Positions 26,563 through 41,594 of a DNA stretch of 64,000 nucleotides are shown here, in pieces. The DNA is taken from the NCBI GenBank assembly GCA_951406725.2, contig OX597814.1, positions 197,160,001 through 197,224,000 on the forward strand, read 5' to 3'. A program made the translations under genes and the position numbers. Below the pieces are notes generated by a model that worked only from the letters and a program-made list of their open reading frames with translations, was not told the DNA's origin and did no database searches. The stretch comes from Octopus vulgaris. Taxonomy: Eukaryota. The number at the start of each line of letters is the position of its first letter. Position 1 is the first letter of the stretch.

Positions 26563-26938
26563 AGTATCGCCCGGCGTTGCTCAGGTTTGTAAGGAAATAA
26601 CTATAAAGCATTTTTAGAGAGTTATAGCCAAAAAATAGCAAAAAAATGGGAAAAAAATGATGGTAAATTTTTTTTGAGGTAAAAAAAGGTTGAGTTGCGT
26701 CCCCTAGACAGTCTGTGGTTTGTTTCTTTTGATTCTCGACCCCATGTCGAATTTATCGATTTTTTCAGAACTGGGGGAACTTTTCAAAATTTTCGCTGCG
26801 TTAGTTTTGAATTATGACATTGGCTATGTGTGTGTCAAGTTTCATCAGAATCGGTTGAAAGCCGTGGTCAGGGTGAGGGTACGAGAAAACAGACACACAG
26901 AAACACGCACAGACAAACTGCCGTTTATATATAGAGAT
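26563..26938 (-). mobile_element. Non-autonomous Helitron, second copy (terminal CTAG lost)
   Basis: Near-identical to 22002-22384. Confidence 0.85.
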
Positions 26939-26956
26939 ATATATATATATATATAT

Positions 26957-27317
26957 GAAAAATGCAACAAGAATGGATTAGTTGTTCAGTACAATTGTTT
27001 AATACGAAGAACAGTTTTATTTAAGGCAGCAAATACAAATGTCCCGTATTCATCACCCAAAACTCATATGTGTTTTGGCTGATGAATACGGGACATTTGT
27101 ATTTGCTGCAATATTTGCAGCTTTAAATAAAACTGTTCTTCGTATGAAACAATTGTACTGAACAACTAATCCATTCTTGTTGCTTTTTTCTTGTTTATAA
27201 TCACCCCACATTATTTTATGGTTAATACCATATAGATTTCTGGTGCATCTAAGTTAAGTACCGCGTTCATTTGAATTAATTGGAATTCACTTGAATCTTA
27301 ATTGTTTTTACTGAAAA
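26957..27317 (+). mobile_element. (TA)n-flanked inverted-repeat element with hammerhead (Penelope-like/retrozyme-like)
   Basis: Arms 26957-27063 and 27072-27190, unique 3' extension to about 27317, TA runs on both sides. Confidence 0.75.
27074..27162 (+). ncRNA. Type I hammerhead ribozyme motif with intact core
   Basis: Stem I tttgg/ctgaa; CTGATGA 27079-27085; long stem II closed by atacg/cgtat with inner gctgcaa/ttgcagc; GAAAC 27146-27150; palindromic stem III ACAATTGT; GUA triplet 27155-27157. Confidence 0.75.
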
Positions 27318-28060
27318 TATATATATATTGCTGACATTTCACCGTGTTTTAGGTAAAATAGCACTGCAGTTCAATATCTTATAGAAAACTGAAAATGGTA
27401 GCTTCAGCATACTGCTTGTTGTTTGCTGTTCGCGGACCAGTAGGGTCATTATTAACATAGTCGCATTCGGTTTTGTCCTGTCTCTTCTTCCTGCGTTTAT
27501 TGAACCATCCACCCTCTTTTAATATCAATTTATTCAGTTTGCTTCCTATCCGATCATTAGTGTTTCAGTTTAACATTAGACAGACAGGAGAAATAATCAC
27601 GGTTTTCTTTGGCAGCATTTCTTAATCAAATCCAATGTTCACTTGATTTCGAAGGAAGATCATTACAGTTTCCCGTTATGTGCAACAAATCTGCTCCTAT
27701 ATTCTTCTTCACTAGACTGTCAAATCCACACGCTATTAAATATTTGGCACATCATATTCCCTGCCAAACTGACGCTTCCATTTTAGAATAATTACAGATT
27801 AATTACTATAGTGAATATTCTCAGTCGCCTTTTGGCATCGCCGTTATTAAACGTTACGCCAAACATCATGAAAGATCACTAACAGACAGCACTCATGTAA
27901 CTAGGCAGGAGCGGTTGTTACAAACCACATAGCTTTCTTTGAAAGTTTGAAAGTGACAGTTCAAACTGATGACGAGAAACTGCAAAGGTTTCAGAAAATG
28001 AGAAAAAGTAAGCTGATTTGATTCATGGATAGGATATGTATGCATGTGTGTATGTATGTA

Positions 28061-28255
28061 CGAAGGGTTGCTGAAAAGGTTCTAGCTTTATGGTGCTGCA
28101 AATGACTTGTTTGGAGGCTCGACCTTCCTAGTTCTTTTACAGGGCTTAGGAAAACAAGTGTTTAAATCTGAGAGGGGAATATTTTGAATAAAATCACAAT
28201 TAACTGATTCCCCTGTACTTTTTTTTACCTAAATCTAGGAAATGTTCAGCCCCTC
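28061..28255. mobile_element. Mariner-type MITE (CGAGGG..GCTGAAAA TIR)
   Basis: ta|cgaagggttgctgaaaagg ... ggaaatgttcagcccctc. Interior is the reverse complement of 46179-46396. Confidence 0.7.
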
Positions 28256-28277
28256 ACCTTCTGTAGGTATGTATGCA

Positions 28278-28329
<52 letters not shown>

Positions 28330-28350
28330 AATCATCTATCTATCTATCTA

Positions 28351-28389
<39 letters not shown>

Positions 28390-28414
28390 CAACACACACA
28401 CTCACACACACACA

Positions 28415-28617
28415 CGAAGGAGTGCTGAAGATTCCTGGCCTTAAGGGTATGGCGAAAAACACGTTTGGTGACCCAACTTTCCCAATTTTTTTACAAAGCT
28501 TAGAAAACTAAATAAATGTGTGAATCTGAGAGGGAAGTATGTTGAATAAAATCATAATTAACTAATTCTATTGTATTTTCTTTTACCAAAAGCCAGAAAC
28601 TTTTCAGCACCTCTTCG
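28415..28617. mobile_element. Mariner-type MITE, same family
   Basis: cgaaggagtgctgaagattcctggc ... gccagaaacttttcagcacctcttcg. Confidence 0.75.
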
Positions 28618-28721
28618 TTTCTATGTATATGAATATCTCCATGTAAGAGTCTACGGTTGGGTGTCTATGCAGAATTTAAACAGAAACCACTGTAAAGATC
28701 CTAGCAGCTCAACCACATGTA

Positions 28722-29288
28722 TTTGGGTTGTCAGGAAAGTTCGTGCCGATTTATAGTAGCTTACATTTCGACTTATTTTAGAACATGGTTGAGTCCACAA
28801 AATAGGATTTGACTACACCTCTATTTAGAGCACAGCTTAAGCTATCTTTTCGTGGAAGAAGTTTTATGTTCCTATAAACCTGTGTTAATTCTGTAACCCT
28901 TTAAAATGGAAGATAAGAAAGTTCATTTTCGGCACTTGATGCTTTGGGAACCAGACAAAAATTGCTGCAGATCATCTGGGATGTATTACCTCACCCTCCA
29001 TATTCACCAGATATTGTTCCTTCGGATTTCCACTTGTTCAGATCTCTGCAGAATAGTCTTAATGGTCAAAATTTCAATTTCTTGGATGACATAAAAAGAT
29101 ACCTTGATGAATTCTTTGCTATGAAACCAACTCAATTCTGGGAAGAGGGTATTTTCAAGTTAAAGGAAACATGGAGACGCATTGTGCAACAAAATGGTTC
29201 ATATTTGGTTGATTAAAAATGTAATGGCAAGTATTTATTGACCTTTTTCTTTCCTTTAAAAGACGGCACGAACTTCCAGACAACCCAA
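28722..29288 (+). mobile_element. Internally deleted mariner transposon
   Basis: TIRs ttgggttgtcaggaaagttcgtgccg / cggcacgaacttccagacaacccaa, TA on both sides. Confidence 0.93.
28906..29216 (+). pseudogene. Mariner transposase remnant (N-terminus joined out of frame to C-terminus)
   Basis: MEDKKVHFRHLMLWE, then TRQKLLQIIWDVLPHPPYSPDIVPSDFHLFRSLQNSL...WRRIVQQNGSYLVD*. The HPPYSPD..PSD motif is diagnostic of mariner. Confidence 0.93.
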
Positions 29289-29489
29289 TAAAAATAATTA
29301 AGTTGTGTAAAATACACGCCAACGGTCAAAATAACATTATTAAATAATGAAATTATGGAATATTATTTGCCAAATATGTCTGTGCCAGTGAGATGTAAGT
29401 TCTCTATGACTCTATCAGATGTAGAGCGTTATTTTTGTTCGCCCCGTTAAAAAAGGAAAGATTGTGATCTGTTCAACTAAGGGTTTACA

Positions 29490-29700
29490 ATGTATGTATG
29501 TATATATGTAGGTAGGTAGGTAGGTAGGTAGGTAGGTAGGTATGTACGTATGTATATGAGTATGCATGTATGTATGTATGTATGTATGTATGTATGTATG
29601 TAGGTAGGTAGGTAGGTAGGTAGGTAGGTAGGTAGGTAGGTAGGTAGGTAGGTAGGTAGGTATGTATGCATGTATTTTCGCATGAATATATGTATGTATC
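29490..29700. repeat. (GGTA)n/(TGTA)n tract
   Basis: Directly visible. Confidence 0.95.
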
Positions 29701-29803
29701 TTATTCAGTTTATTTCAAGATTTCTTGCCAATAAACAACCGGTTTCTAACCTAGATCCAAGGCTCCTTCGTTGGAATTTCAACATCAACAACAGGGTATT
29801 TTT
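29701..29803 (-). mobile_element. 3' terminus of the RLE-type element, flanked by TATG repeats
   Basis: Reverse complement of about 5500-5605. Confidence 0.8.
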
Positions 29804-29843
29804 GTATGTTTGTATGTATGTTTACATACACATTTATATATGT

Positions 29844-29950
<107 letters not shown>

Positions 29951-31022
29951 GATAGATGCTCACATACATGTTATTGAGTAGACAGAATATATGCTGAAAG
30001 ACCTGTAGAATATCAATTTCAGAGGTAAATGTGCATAACGCAACAAATTCACAGGATTACACGCACACACATACACACACGCACACATATATATGTATAT
30101 ATATCTATACATATATCTATACATATATCTATACATATATATGTACACACATATATAGACACATATGTACATATATATTTTATACATACATATATATGCA
30201 TACTTACTTATATATACATACATTATATATATATATATATATATATATAATAGTTTTATTAATGATAAATATATCTATGTGTGTATATATGTATGTATAA
30301 CTATATATAGATATATATATAGGTGTATATATATATATACATACACACACATATATACTCTAGTATATAGAGGCACACACACGTGTAGATACGTACAGAC
30401 ATATGTATGGACATATACATACATGCATACATACATACATACATACATACATACATACATACTACATACATACTACATACATACATACATACATACATAC
30501 ATACATACATACTACATACATACATACATACATACATACATACATACATACATACATACATACTACATACATACATACATACATACATGCGTAATCTTCA
30601 TTGCATATGATATTTTATGGAAGGCGAACGAGTAGAAACGAAAACTTAAGCAAAAACATATTAGTCGATATATAGATCCGTTGCATTAAAAGCTTCTGCC
30701 AAATATTGCAGTTTGTGCACCTAGAAGCATCCACACAAAAAGGAGGAGGGGGGACACCGCCAGAGCGAAAAGAGGGGTCGGTCTAAAACAAAGATAGTCT
30801 GTATTAAGCAGAGAATCCAATCATATTAACAGCATGTGGCGAATATATAATGGGATTTTGTGAAGTAATCAGTTAAACATGTGCTGCCGCTAACATGAAA
30901 CGGCAAAGAACGTCTTAAGACGAGTATTACTTAACTTGTTGTTTCTGGGTTGAGATAGTTTTCACCAGCAACACCGGCGCCACCGTGAGGAGCAATGCGA
31001 TCTGTGTAATCAACGTGACTGG

Positions 31023-31731
31023 CATCATCATCATCACCATCATCACCATCATCATTATCATTATCATCATCATCACCATCATCATTACCGTCGCCTTCAT
31101 CATCATCACCATTATCATCACCATCATCATCACCATCATCATTATCATCACCATCATCATTATCATCACCATCACCATCACCATCATCATCACCATCATC
31201 ATCATCATCACCACCATCACCACCACCACCATCATCACCACCATCATCACCACCACCATCATCACCATCATCATCACCATCATCACCATCATCATCACCA
31301 TCATCATCACCATCACCATCATCACCATCATCATCACCATCATCATCATCATCACCATCATCATCATTATCACCATCATCACTATCACTATCATCATCAC
31401 CATCACCATCTTCATCATCATCATCATTACCGTCGCCTTCATCATCTTCAGCCTTAACATCATCGTCATCGTTGACATCGTCGTCATCGTTATCGCCATC
31501 ATCATCATCACTTCATCATCTTCATAATTAACGTCATCACGTGATCACCAACATCCGCATCATCGTCACCATCGTCGCCGTCGTCACCGTCGTCGTCATT
31601 ACCTTCCCCTCGTTGCCATGAAAACCATCTGCATCATCATTAATACAATAAGCATCTTTCGTCGTCGTCATCATCATCATCATCATCGTTATCATCATCA
31701 TCATCGTCATCATCATCATCACAATCATCAT
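31023..31731. repeat. Degenerate (CAT/CAC/CGT)n trinucleotide tract
   Basis: Directly visible. A variant block 'atcattaccgtcgccttcatcatc' is duplicated at about 31081 and 31423. Confidence 0.95.
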
Positions 31732-31973
31732 GCTGTTACAATAGTAACCTCGTTTTCATGGTCCCCATTGATATTTCGAACACACCTCATCAACTATGAT
31801 ATTATCATTGACATATCAACAAGGTCCGGTTTCCCGTTCTACTTCTGGTAGAATCGTTAGATTATCGGAAAAACTGCGTAGCGCTATTCCATTTTCGAAT
31901 CAAGTAACCTCTCAAAATGCCTGGCCTAGCGCCAAAACTTCAAGCTATTATTATTATTATTATTATTATTATT

Positions 31974-32269
31974 GAGTGATAGAGCAGTGCATGCCATCAA
32001 AGTGACACTGGGGTAAAATATACGAAGCCCAGTATACCCATCATGACTAACTTTCTGATAAAGGCACATCAGGCACAAGAATCACAACCACATGTGTGTG
32101 ACATAGTGATCTCATATCAAGATAAACAGCACATGACCTTGCAGGTGGGGCCCATTTAGAATTTCCTTTTAACAACAAGGTTCTCTTTTGTAGCTTACGG
32201 AGATTGGAGTTACCAGTGAGTAGCTCAGTTCCCTCCTTTATCATTCCCGGCGCACCAATTGCTACTGGT
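31974..32269 (-). mobile_element. Dong/R4-like retrotransposon 3' fragment in (TAA)n
   Basis: Minus frame IPVAIGAPGMIKEGT..LTGNSNLRKLQK resembles the RLE C-terminus. Pure (TTA)n tracts abut both ends. Confidence 0.65.
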
Positions 32270-32292
32270 ATTATTATTATTATTATTATTAT

Positions 32293-32330
<38 letters not shown>

Positions 32331-33516
32331 CACAGACAAGCTGGCACAAATGTTAGCACGTCAGACAAAGTGCTTAATGGCAGTTCCTTTGGCTCTACAT
32401 TATTATTATTGTTATTATCACTCCACTCCCCAGTGTAGTCCCTTACAATACGCGACGAAGTCATCTATTGTTCGGACAATATGCGACTTCGTTGAAACAA
32501 TCCTTCCCGCAAAGCAAATTAAATATAATTTGGGATTTTTTTTTGTGGAGGGTGAGAATGGTAACAAGAACAGGTCAATGAGAACAAGACAGTAAAAACA
32601 AACGGTGAGGGCTGTTGAGTCAAGACGACAGAAAAATTATGAACGTTAGGAGGACGAGCTATAAGAGGAGACAGGTATACGCAGGTCTTGTATATATATA
32701 TATATATATATATTAAAGACTTGCGAGGTCACCGTATTTGGTTATGCAACCATTATGTACGACAAAGTATATTAAACGCTTTATCAGTCAATATTGTTGG
32801 CAGTGCTGTTAAGGTTATGTCTGATTCTAAATTCTATAGAAAATCTGTAGAAATAACCATGGCAAGTGACAGAAGATATAAAATAAAATATTAAATGAGT
32901 TACTTTTCGATTCATAATTGATAATTCAACTCCTACCGCGATTCATCTAGAGGTGAATATCTCCCTTGCAATAACTACCATCAGAGCACACCGCGCGTTC
33001 AAAATTAACTTAGTCTTAATATTTCTTCTCTATCCTCGTGATTCCCGACGTAATAATATTGAGAATCTTCAGAATATTAGCGTTGATACCATATTACTTA
33101 TCATAACAGTGCTTAGGGAATAAGATATCGGATAATGGGACAGGGTTGTTAAAATGATGTTCGCAGTTCGGAAAGTATTTCTCATGAATTCGTCAAAGAT
33201 CGGCAAATCTTCAATGTGACACTAGCCAAATCACTGATATAAGTAGATTAAGGATTAAATTTTCCAAAATTATCTTTGAAAGGGGGAATATTATTTTGTT
33301 TTAGTGTTTTCTTCGGGAAAATTTAGCGAGCTTAGAATTCATAAACCGAATCTCAGTAGACTTTAGACGTTATTTAGCATTATTAAATATATTGCGGATC
33401 GTGATTAGGACATACACACAGTAACTCGAAACACGAACATACACTCATGTATAAATACACACACATACACACACACACATACACACACACACACATACAC
33501 ACATATATATATATAT

Positions 33517-33720
33517 AATGTATGTACATATGTATGTATATATGTAATGTATGTACATATGTATGTATATATGTAATGTATGTACATATGTATGTATATA
33601 TGAAATGTATGTACATATGTATGTATATATGAAATGTATGTACATATGTATGTATATATGTAATGTATGTACATATGTATGTATATATGAAATGTATGTA
33701 CATATGTATATATGTGTGTA
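33517..33720. repeat. 29-bp minisatellite, about 7 units
   Basis: AATGTATGTACATATGTATGTATATATG(T/A) starting at 33517, 33546, 33575, 33604 and onward. Confidence 0.9.
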
Positions 33721-33869
33721 ATGTGTGTATGCATACATGTATATGATGTGTGTATGTATATATATATATATATGTAATGTATGTACATATGTATGCATGT
33801 ATGTATGTATATGTGTATGCATACATGTATATGATGTGTGTATGTATATATGTATATAATGTATGTATG

Positions 33870-33903
<34 letters not shown>

Positions 33904-34929
33904 ATATGCATGTGTGTGTATATATGTATGAGTGTATTTCTTTATTCATAAGAGTATATATATATACATATATACACATATATATATTTATAAATGTATA
34001 TGCACACAAACACACGTATGTATGTATGTATACATACACGGCATTTAAACATAGCATTTCATTTTGTATTTCTTATGAAGTAGATCCAAGTTTTACATGC
34101 GAAAAAGCCATAGCGATGACGCTCAACGTTATTATAAAGGACTTATGATATAATTTGAAACCGATATTAATTCATTTCCAGCAGCATTTCTCTAAATGGT
34201 CATATGGATATTTCCACACAAGAATATTTTTGAAATAGTTCTCAGTTCAATAAAGTACGTTTTTTTGTTGTTTGTTTTATTTTTTTTAATCGCCTCGTTC
34301 GAAAGTTGATCATAGCAATAGATTAATACAAGTAAAAAGTTCGAAAATATTGATCTTATTCCTTATCTGATTACATCAAGTACATCACTTAGAAATAAGA
34401 AGAACGTTGTAAAAGTTGATAATAATTCGGAGTTGATTTGTGAATTCTCGATTAAATATAAATAAGGAGGATGATAAAACTGTGAACGTTCAATCGTATA
34501 GTTTTTTATGGATTCATGAATATAATAGTCCTCATCTAATTTTAATTGCATTATTTTCGTGATCAAAGCCTGGTATTATGTTTCCATTTTGAAAGAACAA
34601 ACTATTTTAGGTCCGTGATGGTGCATATCTAATGAAACGATTTTCGTTATTGCAAAATATAATATCGCGTTCACTTGAGTTGTTTTGTATTTTTATTTCA
34701 CATCGGAATTTGTGGATAACGGGTCGGTGGTTACAAATTCCCAAAGGAAATATCACTAATTCACTTTACTGCTAATGCCGGGAGTAGCAATTGGGTGTGC
34801 AACCCCACACCTGCCCAAAGGCAGGCTGAAAGCAGCGAGAATTCTGTTTTCTCGCAGATGTTTGGCGTATTTCATGCACTCATGCACACCTACAAACGCA
34901 TACTACATCCTCAAACATATCCAACACCT

Positions 34930-35235
34930 ATCATCATCTTCTTCATCATCATCATCATCATCGTCATCATCATTTAACGTCCGTTGTCCATGCTGGCATG
35001 GGTTCGACGGTTTGACTGGGCTGGCACGCTAGAACGCTGCTCCAGACTCCAGTCTGATTTGACATGGTTTTCGACAGCTGGATGCTCTTCCTAACGCCAA
35101 CCACTCCGTGAACACGCCATTTGCGTGAAACTGGGGTGCGTTTAGGTACCACTGGCACGGGTGTCAATTTGCGTGGCACCGGTGTCTGTGAGGACTGCGA
35201 TTTTGCTCGGTTTGATGGGTCTTCTTCACAAGCAC
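34930..35235 (-). mobile_element. SINE/LINE 3' portion with (ATG)n tail
   Basis: 'acagctggatgctcttcctaacgccaacc' and 'aacgtccgttgtccatgctggcatgggtt' next to a (CAT)n tract. Single copy here; the call rests on motif recognition. Confidence 0.55.
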
Positions 35236-35494
35236 CAAAGGAAACCTAAGATCAACAATAGAAGGGAGTTACATGAAGCCAGCTAGTTGCTATAGCAACA
35301 CCCTTTTGCACATGTCCACTCCACACACGCTCTCACATATGCACATTGGCAACATTCCTCAATTTCTTGAAAATGGGGTCATAACCCCGAAATAGGGAAT
35401 ACAACGTAAGTCTACATTAATTCACATATTTGCTTCCTTGTGATTTACGTGGAATTTACTTCGCATTGTTTTGGCTTTACCCACGATTCTTTAT

Positions 35495-35538
<44 letters not shown>

Positions 35539-36479
35539 ACGAGCTTCTTTCATTTTCCGTCTACCAAATCCACTCGCAAGGCTTTGATCGGCCCGATTTG
35601 CCCAAAGAATCATGTAGTTGCGCCTATTGCAAAATTATTTCTAACATAGACATTTGCATAGCCCTAACTGCCGCAGCAAATCTTTGTTATTCCCATGTAT
35701 ATGTATGTACAGACGCTCACACACATAAACACGCTAAAATTTATAAATATATGCGTGCATATGTGCGTCTGTGTGAACGATTCTGCGTATGTGTGTGTGA
35801 GTAAGGGGAATAATATCTTATTTCTAGTTTTGCTTATTCCTAGTTAACCCGGATCGGTGAGATATACAAAATAAGATTGTTTAAATTCCCACCATGCCGA
35901 CTCTATTTCATACCACAACGAACGTTTCGGGAGTGATTATGTTAGTATTTCTAGCAAGTCAAACCGTAAAACAGGAACACCTTTCCAAGCTCAGGAAAAC
36001 ATCTATTCATCAAGGTGTGCCATATCAAGAGAAAAAAGTTCGTTATTTTGTATTTTGTCTAATTTTTGTAACCTTTTAACTAATTAAATTAAAAACGAAC
36101 CATCGGCGTACATCAACTTATTTTGTCCATTATAAATAGACATAGATAGATGACATCCGTTTCTAATGAGGGTGATAGTGTATCACTGACGTATAGTAAC
36201 TGTTGAATCCAGTCAATCCCAAATATTGCACAGATTCCATGTTAAAAAATGGAAATCTTACACATACAGAAAGCATACCACACACACATACACACATAAA
36301 CACACATACATATGTATATATATATATATACATACACACACACACACACACATATATATATATGTATATATAATGTATATACAAATACATACGTATATGC
36401 ATGCATACATTCGTACAGATACAAATCTACGTTTACATACGAACGCACACATATATACACGCAGGTGCGTACATATGAT

Positions 36480-37664
<1,185 letters not shown>

Positions 37665-37965
37665 CGTAATTACCGAGTGCGTTATGATTTGTCGTAAAAT
37701 AGACACGCTAATGAGTGACAAGAAAAGTATATAAAGCTTAGATTAACAATAAACTTAAATGCGTTTACGAATACACACACACATTACATACCAACACACT
37801 CATCTGTTTGTATTAGCCCAAGTATCTAATCAACTATCTTTATATCTATCTATCTACCTACCTACCTATATATTATATAGATATGTGTGTGTGTGTGTAT
37901 TTGCGTCTGTGTGCGTATTCATATATATGTCTGTTTTTCTCTGTATCTCTCTTAAATTTATGTAC

Positions 37966-38091
<126 letters not shown>

Positions 38092-38343
38092 TATGTAAGT
38101 ATATATATATATATGTAAGTGTGTACATATATATATATGTATGCGAATCTATGTGTGTGTACACATTTGTGTGTGTATGTGTCTAAATATCTGTCTGGTT
38201 TCGTATATATTGGGCTGTCACTCTGTCTGTCTCTCTCTCTCTATGTATCCCTGCATCTCAGTTTCTTTTTCTTTCTCTCTCTCTTTCTCACTTCTCCCTC
38301 TCTCTCTATCTCTGTACATATACACACACACTCAGACACCTTG

Positions 38344-38375
<32 letters not shown>

Positions 38376-38423
38376 TATATGTATGGATATATGTTTTATG
38401 TATATAACACATACTCTTATGTT

Positions 38424-38481
<58 letters not shown>

Positions 38482-38796
38482 TATATATATATATCTACGT
38501 ACGTGTGTATGAATAACATTTTCAAATGTATGTCTCAGAAACATACATATACTTTAAGCTTACTGTTTCTTTTGAAGCGCAGTAAGAAGCTACTAATATT
38601 TTTTTTTCTCTCTCGCTCTCTCCCATTAACATTATTCAGTTAGGTCAAAATATTCTTGCCAAAAAACCTTTCGCCTTTAGCTATTGATTTCCAACATGGT
38701 GAAGCTCCGTAATTTGTTGATAGTTCTTAATTACCAAAAGAAAATGTAATACAGGGAAAGAACAGAATTTACACAGTATTTCATATATATATATAT

Positions 38797-38842
<46 letters not shown>

Positions 38843-39092
38843 TTCTTTTTTTCGTAAATGTGTGCATTTGATCTAGGAGAAAATAAGCCCAATTGTCACG
38901 TTTTTATGCATTGATCTGGTGCATAAATGCATTTTTTTTCTAAATATTCATTTTTTTTCTCCTTTCTGATTGATCTGTGCACAAGAAGAAGTGAATTTTG
39001 GATTTAGCGAAATCATGAACTGGTATGGATTTCTGGAATGGAATGGAAGAAAAAATAGAAAGATAATTACTACAATATTAATAAAGGATAAA

Positions 39093-39093
<1 letters not shown>

Positions 39094-39152
<59 letters not shown>

Positions 39153-39172
39153 TAGTGGTAGTAGTGGTAGTG

Positions 39173-39207
<35 letters not shown>

Positions 39208-39223
39208 GGTAGTAGTAGTAGTG

Positions 39224-39269
<46 letters not shown>

Positions 39270-39281
39270 CAGCAGCAGCAG
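39094..39281. repeat. (AGT)n/(GGT)n/(AGC)n microsatellite
   Basis: Directly visible. Confidence 0.97.
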
Positions 39282-40412
39282 CTGTAAATGGAATAGTAGT
39301 ATTAGAGACTTATGACTTAGTATCATACATAATTTTAAGTTAGCATTTGTACAGTTTCCAGATGTATCGAGGCTTTTGCGAATGAGGTTCTTCTCAGAAA
39401 TACGCAAACGTTAGTGTTTTGTTCCTTTTCCTCGTAAAGAACGTCCGTTGGCGATCTTCCGGTTGATATTAAATTCGTTATTATGTTGCGTCTGACCACA
39501 GGCATAATCGAATAGCTTTGTTAAATTCCGCTTTTCTGTAGCGTCGACGGAAGCATAATTCTAATTTAATTGTATAAAACTATCTTTCATCATACCTACG
39601 CTGTGTTAATGCAGGTTATACAGGTTTGCTTAAATTTAAGTAGGTGGAGGTGACCTGAGCTTCGTATATAATCGATTCAGCATAGCATGATTTGTTATAA
39701 AATGAAATATTTGTGTTTCTGTATGAAAATTTAGCTTCATATAATCGTAACTTTTTATTTTAAGAATGTTCGCTGGAAGTTCACTTGTAACTCATTTTAA
39801 GTTGTTTTTTTTTTTTTTTTGATGGTAGTGAAGCAAGGACTGCTAAAGCTTGGACGATTTTAGCAAAAATTCTCGTTTGGAGGGAGAGGTGGTGTGGACC
39901 AGGTAATTTTGCGGTGTCTCTTTTTAGTATTAATTGTCCGTGTGGCGAACGGAATTTATCTTATTTAAGCAATTATTGTAACAAGAACTTATCTAATAAA
40001 AACTCATTCCATTTCATGGGCACTTGGAGGTTCTGCTGATATTAATATATTGAATTATTGAAATCCGGGCGAATTGCTGGAATATATATATATATTTCCT
40101 AGAGGATGAAAAAAAATGGATTCGGCTGTTTGGGGGCCGAGGATTTGATACGGCTCACTGGGCGGTTTTACATTTTGGCGGTTTTACATTTTGGCGGCTG
40201 TACATTTTGTCACTGGAGGCAAGCAAACAACTGCTACCCCGTGAGCGGTAATATACGCATACAAATATGGTGTCTGCGTGTGTGTGTCGGTGTGTGTGTC
40301 CGTGCGTGTGTGTGGGAGAGAGAGAGAAGTTAAAATTTATTAAACACGAATGACGTTAAAAATTCACCTTCCTCGGACACGTAATGAGTAAAATATTATC
40401 ACACCTGAACAG

Positions 40413-40450
<38 letters not shown>

Positions 40451-41594
40451 AAAGAGAGCGCGAAAGAGGGATGAGGATGGAGAGAACGATAGAAACATTA
40501 AAACAAGCGAAGCATTAATATATCTACTGTCAAATAAGTCATCGTCGAATCAACGCCGCTAAACAGCAGTGGCCAAAACGACTGCGACAAAACATTTCAG
40601 GCTGTATGCAATAACAAATTCTATGCTACGGATGTATATACATTTACAGAAAGAATGGAGAAGCATATTCGATAACATTTAATGCGGTTAACTTGAGAAG
40701 ATATTTATTACTAAAGTTGCTTAATCAGCAAAATTCTGCTACTTTTATTATATTCTTAGGGGCGTGTTGACATTTAATATTTCTTTTGATTTTAGAGGAC
40801 ACTAATTAATCAAGCTAATTTTGTAGGTTAGTTAATTAGTGTACATTAGAGATTAAAGAAATAATTCTCCTTTTCAGCAGTAAATATGTCGTTAGTTTAG
40901 CTCAACATAATCTATGACCTACGATACGCTTCAACCTGGATTTCTGTGTCAATGTCAAGTTTGTACATTTAAGTTATAAATGTTAATAATAATCTTGACG
41001 ATGTCTTCTTTATAAGTATTATTTTCAAATTCATATTTTCGTGTTTTAGTAGGGAATATTTCCTTTTATATTGCTAAATACCAAGTGGAGGATCTTCAAA
41101 AGAGGAAGAGCATACAGAAATGTAACAAAGTGTTTCAGGTTACGGAAAACTGAGAAAAATTTCAATCACAATAATCTTACTAAATCAGAAGCTAAACATT
41201 AAAAAGAGATACTTGTTAGGTGTTACCACTTTGATAAGTATCTCCTGGAACACTAGACTGTCATACTAACAATTGAATGGTTTTAGCATCTGGTTCACTA
41301 ATACATTCTTACTAATAGATATACCTGTCTTCGTAGATTTTAATGATATTCTCGTTTAAAATTTCAACTCTTTACCTTCCTATACTCATCTTCATTTAGT
41401 AGACGGCTTCAAAACATATCTATGGAATGATCTAGACCATCTCCACTCCCAATATACAGTAGTTGCTCCTGAATTCTTACATTTCAGGTCTTAAACGTTT
41501 TACTTCCTGTTCTTTTCTAAAGAGGTTTTCTCTAACTCCTTTTTTCATCTCATATTCATATTATAATTATTCTTATTATTATAGTTGTATTATA

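Noticed and set aside
27966-27990. CTGATGA-cga-GAAAC hammerhead-like string
   Set aside because: No room for stem II and no credible stem III or cleavage triplet.
30927-31731. Asp-rich (minus) or His/Ile-rich (plus) reading resembling acidic or His-rich mollusc proteins
   Set aside because: GAT frames cannot become stops by a single substitution. The Asp register shifts several times between about 31510 and 31660, and it has no start codon or splice acceptor.
32900-33200. Possible further Penelope-like relic (CTGATGG...GAAA on minus strand)
   Set aside because: Core and stems too degenerate and the peptide similarity too vague to support.
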